Positions 33,348-50,562 of a stretch of 64,000 nucleotides of DNA are shown one piece after another. The DNA comes from the human T2T-CHM13v2.0 reference genome, Homo sapiens. Position 1 is the stretch's first letter, and each line of letters begins with the position of its first letter. A program made the translations under genes and the position numbers. The DNA lies in assembly GCF_009914755.1 (NCBI RefSeq), contig NC_060940.1. One strand, written 5' to 3'. Under the pieces are notes generated by a model that saw only the letters and a program-made list of their open reading frames with translations, did no database searches and had not been told where the DNA came from.

Positions 33348-35090
33348 ATATTCCTTTGGGAGCACAGACATCAGATAGCCCAGGGCTATTCCAAACCTTT
33401 ATTCCAAGCATTCCTCCACAGGGGCAATAGAAATCCCAAGGGGGGAATATCTGCTCTTGAAAGGCCAGAAAAAAATCTCACTCTTGATGTATAAAGCAGG
33501 GATACACATGTAGTACACAAACGGATACAGTATATCTTTGGTATTAAAACTTCTTAGAGGACGGCAATGAGGAAAAAATGTCTCCCCTGCTTAAGGGGCT
33601 GATAATGAAACAAGATTGAGACATACTGTGCTACTCCAGTGCAAGTGGAACGTATAACTGCAAGCAAATCTTGAGTGTTTCCTATGCCCTGGAGTCTCTG
33701 TCCAGCACTTGACTTTTATTATCTCATTTAATCTGTACAACTGCCTTTCAGGCAGGCACTGCCACTCTCCCTGTTTTAACAGATGGGAAAACTAAGACTT
33801 AGAAATAAATATGCACAAGGTCACTCACTTACTAAATTGACAGAGCCAGGATTGAATCCCGTCTCTCTACCCAAAACCTGACCTCTTATTTACCCTGCAT
33901 TACTGCTAGGTTGAATCAGGGCAAATACAAACAGATTCCTGACCACAAAGCTCTATAGAACATTGGAAGATAAAATACTTAAAAAACAAAAAAAGCAGGT
34001 CAGTATAGCTCACTTCTCTGGGATCTTTTGTAGGGCAAAGTTTGCAGCCCTTGGCAATCACTTGTCCAGTGTCACCCCATCCTGATAAAGTGTTCACTCC
34101 TTAAGGAGAACCTGTATTCATCTATGTACCCTCCAAGGCTCTAGGTGCTCTTCCTAGTGTCACAGTGCCTGGCCCACAGTAGGTGCTTGAAAAATATTAA
34201 CTGAGTTAATAACAACAACAACAACAACAACTATAAGAGTTGTATCAGCTAGCTATTGCCACAGGAATGCTGCATAACAAACAACTCCAAAAATCCAGAG
34301 TCGTACAATAAACAAGCATTTTCTTCTTACGGGTCTGCAAGGTTGGTTGGCATTTGGCTGAACTACGCTGAGTTTGTTGTGCTTGGCTCTACGTCATGGG
34401 TTCTATTTAGTTCTAGTGTCCCTCTTCTTGGACCAGTGAGTGACCTAGGGCAATGTCTTCCCATGCCGTAAGCTGAAAGTGCTCAAAATGGCAAGCAGAA
34501 ACACACGGTATCTTTAAAAGCCTTGGCTTGGAACTGGCACACTGTCACTTCTGTCATATTCCATTGTTCAAAGCAAGTCACACGACTAAGCCCAATATCA
34601 ATGGAGGTAGTCAAGGTAGGGGAAATGTAATATTTGCTGAATAACAATTAATCTACTATAACAGTTAATATATATTAGAGTTTAATATGTTCGAGGATTA
34701 TTTAATCATTTCACATGTGTTCACTGATTCAATTCCCACAACAATCCTATGTGAAGGTCCTATTATTATCCCTATTTATTTATTTATTTTTCAGACAAAA
34801 TGCCCGCTCTTTAGTGCAGGCTGGAGTGCAGTGGTGCAATCTCAGCTCACTGCAGCCTTTACCTCCTGAGTGGCTGGGACTACAGGCACACTACTACCAT
34901 GCCCAGCCAATTTTTTTATTTTTTGTAGAGACAGGGTTATGCCATGTTGCCCAAGCTGGTCTCAAACTCCTGTGCTCAAGCGACTGTCCCACTTTGGCCT
35001 CCCAAAGTGCCGAAATTACAGGCATACACCACCACACCTAGCCTGTTATCCCTATTTTAGAGACTAAGATATTGAAGCTCAGAGATGCTA

Positions 35091-35384
<294 letters not shown>

Positions 35385-35486
35385 TTAGAGTGCAGTTTAT
35401 ATAGTCAAACAAAGTATTATTTTGTAAAACTTGCTTTTCAGTTCTATATGTATAGGTGTGTCCTGGATCTCAGTGCAACCATTATT

Positions 35487-35521
35487 TACACACACACGCA
35501 CACACACACACACACACACAC
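35487..35521 (+). repeat. Interrupted (CA)n microsatellite
   Basis: Visible directly. Confidence 0.95.
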
Positions 35522-35811
35522 TTTTTTACTGGGCTCCATGACTCAAGCCTGTAATCCCAACACTTTGAGAGGCCAAGGCTGGCAGATTGTTTGAGCCGCC
35601 CAGAAGTTCGAGACCAGCCTGGATAACATGGTGAAACCCCCTCTCTACAAAAAATACAAAATATTAGCCAGGCATGGTGGTGCATGCTTGTAGTCCCAGC
35701 TACTCAGGAGGCTGAGATGGAAGGATTGCTTGAGCCTGGGAGGTCAAAGCTGCAGTGAGCTGAAATCGCACCACTGCACTCCAGCCTAGGTGACAGAGTG
35801 AGAACCTGTCT

Positions 35812-36055
35812 TAAAATATATATTAATATATATATTTAATGTAATTTTTTATATTATATATTATATTAAAATATATATTTATAGATAATATATATTATAT
35901 TTTAATATATTATATTTATTTTTATATTATATAACATATAAAATATAGATTACATGTAACATATAAAAATAAATATATTAGAAATACAAAAAATATATAA
36001 AATATATAGTATAAAATATATATTTATTTTTATATCATGTAGTTTATATGTATTT
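35812..36055. repeat. AT-rich low-complexity spacer between tail-to-tail Alus
   Basis: Visible directly. Confidence 0.9.
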
Positions 36056-36738
36056 TTTTCTTTTTTTTTTTTTTTTGAGTCAGAGTCTCGCTCTGTTGCC
36101 CAAGCTGGTGTGCAGTGGCGCGATCTCGGCTCACTGCAAGCTCCACCTCCTGGGTTCATGCCATTCTGCCCCAGCCTCCCGAGTAGCTGGGACTACAGGC
36201 GCCCGCCACTACACCCGGCTAATTTTTTTGTATTTTTTTAGTAGGGACGGGGTTAGCCAGGATGGTCTCGATCTCCTGACCTCGTGATCCACCTGTCTCG
36301 GCCTCCCAAAGTGCTGGGATTACAGGCGTGAGCCACTGTGCCCGGCCACATATACATATATTTTTAGAGACAGGGTCTCATTATGTTGCCCAGGATGGTC
36401 TTGAACTTTTGGGCTCAAGTAATCCTCCCACCATGGCTTCCCAAAGCACTGGGATTACAGGCGTGAGCTACCTCACCTTGCCAACAATTATTTTTAACTA
36501 TGGCTTAGTCAAATGAAAAACCATTGATCTAGGCTGATTATATTTAACAGCACTGTTTTTGTATTTTTGTCCTAGTTTCCACCCAAGTTCTTAATCAGTA
36601 GTCTGTTAGAACCTCAAAGACCAGGTCTCAGTCTTATTAGCCGTTACGAACCACTATTAGCACATCATAACTATTGCATGCCAGGAATGTCTAGTGTGGT
36701 GAGACTAATCGGCAATGTCTCCTTCCTCTTCCCTCCAG

Positions 36739-36828
36739 TGAACCCTGCTTATGTAGGTGAAAGTGGTCCTGTCCATGCTTATGGAAACCCACCATTGTCT
36801 GAATGTGATTGGCACAAGTCACCCCAAG
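36739..36828 (+). CDS. TMC5: TMC5 coding exon (VNPAYVGESGPVHAYGNPPLSECDWHKSPQ), symmetric 90 nt
   Basis: ccttcctcttccctccag acceptor, AAG|GTAAGT donor, phase 1-1. Confidence 0.92.
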
Positions 36829-36833
36829 GTAAG

Positions 36834-37202
36834 TGATATGGTTTGGCTCTGTGTCCCCACCCAACTCTCATTTCAAATTGTAATCCCCATGTGTCGGGGG
36901 AGAGACCTGGTGGGAGGTGATTGGATCATGGGGGTGGTTTCCCCCATGCTGTTCTCATGATATTGAGGGAGTTCCCTTGAAATCTGATGGTTTAAAAGTG
37001 ACAGCTTCCCCTGCACCCACTCTCTCTCCTGCCCCCATGTAAGATGTGCCCTTCTTTCCCCTATGCCTTCCACCACGTTTGTAAGTTTCCTGAGAAATGC
37101 CCCCCAGCCATGAGGAACTGTAAGACAATTAAACCTCTTTTGTCTATAAATTATGCAGTCTCAGGCAGTATTTTTATAGCAGTGTGAAAACAGACTAATA
37201 CA
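36834..37202 (+). mobile_element. Full-length THE1 (THE1D/MSTA-like, ERVL-MaLR) solo LTR, sense to TMC5
   Basis: TGATATGGTTTGGCTCTGTGTCCCCACCCAA start, GACTAATACA end, perfect 5-bp TSD GTAAG (36829-36833 and 37203-37207), ATTAAA at 37128-37133. Confidence 0.92.
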
Positions 37203-38116
37203 GTAAGACTTAAAGGACAGTGACCAAAAAGTCAACCCTGGAGAAGGAACATGTCCAAGACAATCTACCCATTGCCATTTCCTTTGACCTCCAGTGTGGT
37301 TACTGATGCAGAACCTGCTTAACATATCATAATGGAGTTTTCTTTTAGATGTATAGTTTGTTGTCTTCTGGGGATCAGGGTGTCTTCATTAGGAATCTTC
37401 TGGTTGCAAGTGACAGAAACCCAACTCAAACAGGCATTAGCCCAGGGGGAATTCATTGGCTCATGTGGTAGAAGCGTATGGGGGAAACTTAAAGAAATGA
37501 AAGTAGAAGTATTAGTACCTTCCAGCACCTAGTACAGTGCCTGGCACGTAGTAGGTATTTTAGGGATATTTGTTAGATTAATTTGTTGAATGAGTACAGA
37601 AATCAGGACCTCAGTCTGACGTCAGGGAACTCAATGTCACCTGGACTCTGGTTTCCCATCCATTTCTCATCTTTGTAAAACTTGCTTTTCAGTTCTGTAT
37701 GTATAGGTATGTCCTGGATCCTCAGCACCTCTTTAAGTTAGACCTCATTCATCTCCGTCAGAGTCAGGACTTGTCCACAGGCCAGAGAACACGGCCAATA
37801 GCAGGCCCACGTGAGCCCTCTGCTTAGCCACCTCATTAGGAAGTCTTGCTTCCTCCCTGGGTCCATCTCTAATGCGGGGGAAGGACTCTGGCCAGTCTAA
37901 CTGGAGCACATGCCTACACTTGAGCCAATCATTTTTACCACAAGGGACAAGACTGGGTCACCTGTCTATTCTGTGGCTAATGCCTGTGTTGGTGGGGACA
38001 AGATGCATTGATCAAAGTTTTTGTGAATATTCATATAATTATTATGATAATGGAGTGTGGAAGCAGTCAGACTGGTGAAAGATAGAAGGCGCTGCAATCA
38101 GTTAGGAAGCTCTCTA

Positions 38117-38377
<261 letters not shown>

Positions 38378-38719
38378 CTAGACTAGGGAGTGCTGGAGCC
38401 ACAAGGCAAATCTGTGAGCAACAAGGAATAAAGTAATGAGGTCCTCTATACAATGATGCGTGTGGAGAGAAGCCACTTAGAACTCTCACCTTTCAGCCCC
38501 ATCGCCTATAAGATAACCGTTAGCCTCATCCTTCAAGAGATGTATGCCTTTTCAGGGAGGGTTAGATATTGCTACTTGGAAGGGAAAACCGTTGGGATAT
38601 AAATGATCACACTGTCTATTTGGTCCCCACTGGGGCACAGAATGGCTTTAATTATCAGGGAGAATAAATATGTTTAAATGTTATGACTGCTCTGTCTTGC
38701 CAGCATGAGGTTTGGAGAC

Positions 38720-40227
<1,508 letters not shown>

Positions 40228-40786
40228 GGAACCCTGGTAGAAGAGGAGTCCCCAAAAGGCAGAGAGTAGTAAAGAAATAGAGGACCAAAAGATGAACCTG
40301 GCTGTCTTCATCATTTTGCTTTGTGTTGAATCTGATTCACAAACCACATGCAATTAAATAATAGCCCAGGCTGGGTGCACTGGCTCACACCTGTAATCCC
40401 AGGACTTCTGGAGGCTGAGGCAGGTAGATCACTTGAGTTCAGAGGTTTAAGAACAGCCTGAGCAACACAGTGAAACCCCATCTCTATGAAAAATAGAAAA
40501 TTTGGCCAAGCATGGTAGCTCATGCTTGTAATCCCAGCACTTTGGGAGGCCTAGGCGGGTGGATCACTTGAGGTCAGGAGTTTGAGACCAGCCTGCCCAA
40601 CATGGTGAAACTCCGTCTCTGCTAAAAATACAAAAGTTAGCTGGGCATGGTGGTACATGCCTGTGATCCCAGCTACTCAGGAGGCTCAGGCTGGAGAATC
40701 ACTTGAACCCGGGAGGCGGAGGTTGCCGTGAGCTGAGATCATGCCACTGCACTCCAGCCTGGGCAACAGAATGAGACTCTGTCTCA

Positions 40787-41023
<237 letters not shown>

Positions 41024-41232
41024 TTATGCTGTGTCCCTAGGAAGCACCTGCCACATAGTGTGCGTGCTTATATTCATTCATTTATGAATGAATATTTTGA
41101 GATGGAATCTCACTATATTGCTCCGACTGTTCTCAAATTCCTGGGCTCAAGCAATCCTCCCGCCTCAGCCTCCCAAGTAGCTGAGAATACAGGTGTGAGC
41201 CACCACCTCAGTTGGCAAGAATGAATGAATGA

Positions 41233-41546
<314 letters not shown>

Positions 41547-42443
41547 TGAATGAATGATATACCAGCCTCTTGTTACAGGAAGGGGCCAGAGTGAAATGAC
41601 TAAGAGTTCTGCTTTGGGTTCAGAGCAATCCGGATTTGACCCCAGCTCTACTGCTTGCTGGTTTTGTGACAAATTATTTCATGAAGCATCAGTTTTCTTA
41701 GCTATAAAATGGGGTTGATTTTAATATCTACTTCATAGCGTAAATGTTGTGCTCTATTTAAAGTACTTGGCCTGCAGTAATGGCAGGTATCATTACTGTT
41801 AATTATCACTGTTGGGAGAAGGAATACATGGGTTCTAGTTCAATTTTGACATTTAATGAAAGTGTGATGAGGAGGAACAGTGTCCGTTCAGCTCTCTGCA
41901 CCTCAATTTCTACAACTATTAAATAAACAACTAGGCCTAGGTGATTTGAAATTAGATCTATTGGATAGGAATTGTGTTTATGTGCCTGGCACTGGAACAG
42001 AAATGTGGCTTAGCAATAAAGGGGTTTATTTTTCTCATGTACTGAGAAGTGTGGGTTAGGTGCAATGGTTCACACCTGTAATCCCAGCACTCTGGGAAGC
42101 CAAGGTGGGAGAATTGCTTGAAACCAGGGGTTCGAGACCAGCCTGGACAACAAAGTGAGACCCTATGTCTTTAAAAAAAAACAAATAGCTGGGCATGGTG
42201 GTGCCCCTGTGGTCCCAGATACTCAGGAGGCTGAAGCAGGAGGATTACTTGATCCCAGGAGGTCAAGGCTGCAGTGAGTTATGATCACACTACTGCACTC
42301 CAGCCTGGGAAACAGAGCAAGACCTCATCTCTAAAAAAAAAAGTTTAAAAATTTGTACTTTTTTTTACATGCGGTGGCTCATGCCTGTAATCTCAGCACT
42401 TTGGGAGGCTGAGGCAGGCGAATCACTTGAGGTCAGGAGTTCA

Positions 42444-42716
<273 letters not shown>

Positions 42717-43216
42717 TCAAGGACTGAAGCCCCTTCTGCAGCCTTTTTCTCTACCATCCTTAGCAGGTGAACGTTCGTTCTCTTCTTTTCAAAATGTCTG
42801 GAGGAAGACTGGTGAAGGGCAAATTGTGAACCCAGGCAAACTGTCCCCTTAGAAAGAGCATTCCTGGAAGCCACAAGTCTCATTGGCTAAAACTGAGTCA
42901 CAGGCCCACCCTTAGCCGCAAAGAACACTGGGAGACTTTGAGCCCTATGTCTGCACAGGAAATGGAGCTTTTGCTGGTGTGAGAAAGAAGAAGATTAGAG
43001 ACTGAGAGCCAGACAAATAGCAGAGTCCACTACCTAAGGCATCAGGAGATAATAATTGTATCACTGTAAACCCATGTGGATTTCTACAGGCAGATAAAAC
43101 TACAGATATAAAATATAAGTTCAGCCAGGTGCTGTGTCTCACGCCTGTAATCCCAGCACTTTGGGAGGCCGAGGCAGGAGGATCACGAGGTCAGGAGATC
43201 GAGACCATCCTGGCTA

Positions 43217-43519
<303 letters not shown>

Positions 43520-43549
43520 CTAAATTATAAAAAAAAATCTTGCCCTTTG

Positions 43550-43903
43550 ACTATGAGTCATTTAGAAAAATATCTTCCTTCTGTTTCTAGAATCCCATTG
43601 TCTTAAATGAAAGATTCTGTTTTCGATTTCTTGCCTAGCTACCAAGACAGAATTCTCTGCAGGAAAACACTCCTTCTCCTGAGAAAACTCCTCAGGGGTT
43701 AGATGCAGGGAGTTATGTTGTGATTTGTGTAGGGGTGGCTTTGGTGAGCTCATCCTGGCATTTTAAAAATAATGTGAATGGTGTATCCCTTTGTGATCAT
43801 CATCACTTTTTCCCTGCGAGTCCCAATCAATGCGGGTGTGACTGCTGTATGAAGTCTCAGGAAGCCCACCCCAGTGGAGAAGAAGGCTTGCAGGAGGCAG
43901 GAG
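43550..43903 (+). promoter_or_regulatory. TMC5: Probable internal TMC5 promoter and 5'UTR for the short isoform
   Basis: Unique sequence upstream of ATG 43904 with AP-1 TGAGTCA 43554-43560, KLF-type AGGGGTGG 43731-43738 and GGGTGTG 43834-43840, CCAAT 43823-43827. Confidence 0.55.
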
Positions 43904-44213
43904 ATGCTGTCCGATGACCACGTGAATGAAATCATCATACAGGTTGAGAATGTTTCCTCTGGGGTCCAAAGCCACCCATCCTCAAATCAGATTTTTCAAG
44001 AAAAGGTGCTGCTAGACTCAAGCATCAACATGGTTTTGTCAATATCTGACATTGATGTGATAGACTCTCAGACAGTCAGCAAAAGGAATGACCAAAAGGG
44101 TAACCAGGTGCTGCGGTTTTCAACATCTTTGAATGAGTCGATGTCTCAGACCCTTCATAGCCTAGAATGCATGGGCATAGACACTCCTGGTTCTTCACAT
44201 GAAACTGTTCAAG
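43904..44213 (+). CDS. TMC5: TMC5 alternative first coding exon (MLSDDHVNEIIIQVENV...SSHETVQ)
   Basis: 310-nt non-repeat open frame ending at AAG|GTAGTG in phase 1, matching the phase-1 acceptor at 47430. Recognised as the N-terminus of the shorter TMC5 isoform. Confidence 0.88.
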
Positions 44214-44904
44214 GTAGTGAAATGCTGGGGAAGAGAAGTAGGGGAGTAGGAAAAAAGGCTTCCTCGTTGTCCACAGCATATTTTACTTTTTAGATATCAA
44301 GTGGGGCCAGGCGTGGTGGCTCACACCTATAATCCTACGGCTTTGGGAGGCCAAGATAAGAGGAACACTTGAGCCCAGGTGTTCGAGACTAGCCTGGGCA
44401 ACAAAGGGAGACCTCATTGCTACAAAAAAATTTAAAAAATAATAACCAGGCATGATGGTGCACACCTGTGGTCCCAGCTACTCAGGAGGCTAAGGTGGGA
44501 AGATCACTTGAGCCTAGGAGTTGGAGGCTGCAGCAAGCTCTGATGGCACCACTGCAACCCAGCCTGGGTGACAGAGTAAGATCCTGTCTCTAAAAGAAGG
44601 ACATTGAGTAATATGGAAGGGCGGAAGGTTTTGTGGTTGAACTAAGGAAGCCAAGGACAAAGGAAGGGATCAATTTAAGACATCCCTAACAAGAGCTTAT
44701 TTTTATCAAGCTTATTTTGTGTGCCTTGTGCTCTGCAGAGCACCTGCTTTTTGTTATCCATCGAATTTTTATGTACTCCCTGCACTCCACACCTTTGAGG
44801 TGGCATTTCCGTTTGCTTGATGAGGAAACTGAAGCTCAGATAAATTTAGTGACCTGGAAGATCTGGGGCCCAAATACAGGTCTATCTGATTCCCAAGACT
44901 ACAT

Positions 44905-44940
<36 letters not shown>

Positions 44941-44941
44941 A

Positions 44942-45043
<102 letters not shown>

Positions 45044-45412
45044 TGAGTAGCTGGGATTACAGGTGCATGTCACCACACCCATCTAATTTTTGTATTTTTA
45101 GTAGAGATGGGGTTTTACCATGTTGGCCAACCTTGTCTCGAACTCCTGGCCTCAGGTGATCTGCCCACCTTGACTTCCCAAAGTGCTGGGATGGATTACG
45201 GGTGTAAGCCACCACATCCAGCCTCAAGCCTGCATCCTTAATCGCTACACTGTCTCACTTTGGGCTAATTCCTCCTCACCCTGGTCAGGCAACAGATAGG
45301 ATGTCTCTTGTTGGCAAGATCATCAGGAAACCAGATCTTAGCTGAGACCTTCCAGCCTCTCTGCTCCTGAGGCCAATGGAGATGCTGTTTCTTTTAATTT
45401 AATTTAATTTAA

Positions 45413-46060
<648 letters not shown>

Positions 46061-47429
46061 TAACCCTGTGCTGTGACCAAGGAGCCAGCTTGCTCCCTCT
46101 GTCCCTCAGCCACCCTCGGCACGGTATCGCTGCCCCGCCTGCTGGCTTCTTTGCTACAGGATAGCAATAGCACTTCTCACATCACATGCAGACACAACAA
46201 TAATCAGAGGAAGAGACATCTGTCTTTTTCTTGTTTTTTGCTTTTTTTTTTTTTGAGAAGGAAGAAATATTTTCCGAGAAATTTCTCAGCACACACCTCT
46301 CAGAGGACATTGGCTAATGCTGTGTCACATGCCTGTGCTTAAACCAGTCACCTGCAAGGGGACAGGACCGTGAGGATTGGTTCACTCAGACTAAAACTTG
46401 CTCTTTGGGCCTAGAGATAGGCTCCACCTCAAGGAAGCTCAGGGCCATGTGAGGGAGGCAGGTAGATTCCTAAACACAATTGGAATTCCATTAACAAGGA
46501 GGAAATGAATTTGGGGTAGACAATAGCATCTGCCACATTGACTGCAAATGTGAATATGAGTTAGCAGGAGAAAAGGAGGGTGTACTTCTAGGAAGGTGGA
46601 AGGGCATTCAGCGATAGTCAAGGAATGTGAGAAGTCTCTTGAACCTGGGGTCAGGGGCAAAAGGAAGTGATGTGGGATATTAAAGCAAGAGAGCCAGGCG
46701 TGGTGGCTCACACCTGTAATCCTAGCAGTTTGGGAGGCTGAGGTGAGAAATCTCTTGAGGTCAGAAGTTTGAGACCACCTTGGGCAACATAGCAAGACCC
46801 CATCTCTACAAATAATAATTTTAAAAAATTAGCTGGTTGTCGTGGTGTGTGCCTGTAGTCCCAGCTACTCTGGAGGCTGAGGTGGGAGGATCGCTTGAGC
46901 CCAGGAGTTCAAGACCAGCCTGGGCAATGTAGTGAGACCTCAGCTTTACAAAAAAATAAAAAAATTAGCCAGACATGGTGGTGCATTGTGGTAATCACAA
47001 CACTTTGGGAGGCTGAGGTGGGAGGATCGCTTAAGTCCAGGAGATCAGTGTTGCAGTGGGCTGTGATTGTGCCACTGCACTCTAGCCTGGGTGACACAGC
47101 AAGATCCTGTCTCAAAAAAAAAAAAAAAAAAAATAGAAGAGGTAGGGTGACCAAACACGCAGGATCTTATTGACTTTGCTAAATGTTTTTTGTTACAGGA
47201 AAGAGAAAAACACTGAATTGGAATAAAGTGCAGCCATTATTCATTTGCTCTCACTTTGAGCTTTAACACATATATGTGTTTTTTTTGTTGTTTTCCTTTG
47301 TGATCTTTGAGATCCCCAACTCCATAAACTTCTTCCCTTGTGTTACGTGCTCTGACTTCAGCACCACATTTCAGTGTTACGATTCTGTTAAAGAAAAAAG
47401 AAATTAAATTCCATTAATTTCTTTCATAG

Positions 47430-47529
47430 GACAGAAGTTAATCGCATCCCTTATACCCATGACATCCAGAGACAGAATTAAAGCCATCAGGAACCAGCCA
47501 AGGACCATGGAAGAGAAAAGGAACCTTAG
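47430..47529 (+). CDS. TMC5: TMC5 first shared coding exon (GQKLIASLIPMTSRDRIKAIRNQPRTMEEKRNLR)
   Basis: tttctttcatag acceptor, TAG|GTATGG donor, 100 nt, phase 1 to 2. The sequence resembles the IR.xP.xM.EK motif of TMC proteins. Confidence 0.93.
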
Positions 47530-47639
47530 GTATGGACCAAAGGCTTTTCTTCTTTCTCAGATTTCATGCGAACCTCAATCCTCTACTTTTGCCCCATCTC
47601 AAAAAGATAAGAAATAAATAAGCACAATAGAAGAGACAA

Positions 47640-48480
<841 letters not shown>

Positions 48481-48507
48481 TAAAGATCAGACTAGTGCAG
48501 TGGCTCA

Positions 48508-48783
<276 letters not shown>

Positions 48784-49602
48784 CTAAAATAAAAAAGAAA
48801 AAATACATAAAGACCTTAGGAGTTTTATAAGCTCAGGAATTCAAAACCCGAGGGTAAGGGCTGTTTTAGCCTTCAGAGTTTACATTAATTGTTGCTTAAT
48901 CTTTTTTTTTCTTTTTTTCAATTTGATATAGTTGGCAGAAACTAGTAGAGTGGATGCAACAACAATTACTAGTAAGTGATTCATGGATGTAGGATTTTCT
49001 GAGGTTTCAAAGACAAATTTCAAATCCTGGCAGGGTGGAATAGATTTGTCAACAAGTAAATTACAAATGGCAGAAAGTAAATCAGGCCAAGTCAAAATAG
49101 AGATTGCAATGGGAGGACCAGAAAGGTCTGCCCTCCCTGACTTTGCTGGGGAAAAATGGAGAGAGGGGGCATTTGAGCTGGGCCTTGAAAGACAATTGAC
49201 CATGACATTGGGATGGGCCTTCGAGGTGGACCAAAGAAAGCTAGGAAAGAACCAGAACAAAGCAGATGTGGTGAGTTCATGGAAGGGTAAGGAGACCAAC
49301 TGTGACTGTGTCTTTCTGAAAACACTTCCATTTTGAACTCTGTATGGCTGCCTCTGTCACTGAATATGGGCTCCAAAGACCTTATAGCAAGATTTCTTAA
49401 TATCAGTACAAGTAACATCTGAGGGCTGGATCTTTCTCTGTTGTGGGGGCTGTTTTGTTCATTGTAGGGTGTGTAGCAGCATCTCTGATCTCTATGTACT
49501 TGATGCCAATATCACCCCCTCTCCACTCCTTAGTTTCACAACCAGAAAAGTTTCCAGACATTGCCAATTGTGTGGGGGCAAAATCCCCCTAGGTTGAGAA
49601 TG

Positions 49603-50169
<567 letters not shown>

Positions 50170-50474
50170 TCATAGCTCACTGCAGTCTCAAACTTTTGGG
50201 CCCAAGTAATCCCCCCACCACAGCCTCTGGAGTAGCTGGGACTATACAGGCAGGCACTACCAACACACCCAGCTATTTTTTGTTAATTTTTTTCTTAATA
50301 GAGACAAGGTCCCACTATTTTGCTCAGGCTGGTCTTGAACTCCTGGCCTCAGTGATCCTCTTGCCTCAGCTTCCGAAGTGTTGGGATTACAGGCATGAGC
50401 CACCATGTAACTATTTTTTGAATGAATGAGTTGCAACATTTGTATCTCTCATTTTCTCTTGCTGTTCCCTACAG

Positions 50475-50562
50475 GAAAATAGTTGACAAAGAAAAAAGCA
50501 AACAGACCCATCGTATCCTTCAGCTCAATTGCTGTATTCAGTGTCTGAACTCCATTTCCCGG
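50475..50562 (+). CDS. TMC5: TMC5 coding exon (KIVDKEKSKQTHRILQLNCCIQCLNSISR)
   Basis: ctcttgctgttccctacag acceptor, CGG|GTAAGT donor, 88 nt, phase 2 to 0. Confidence 0.93.

Noticed and set aside
48880-49418. Overlapping 108-139 aa ORFs on both strands
   Set aside because: No recognisable domain or compatible splice structure; the region looks like a decayed L2-type repeat.
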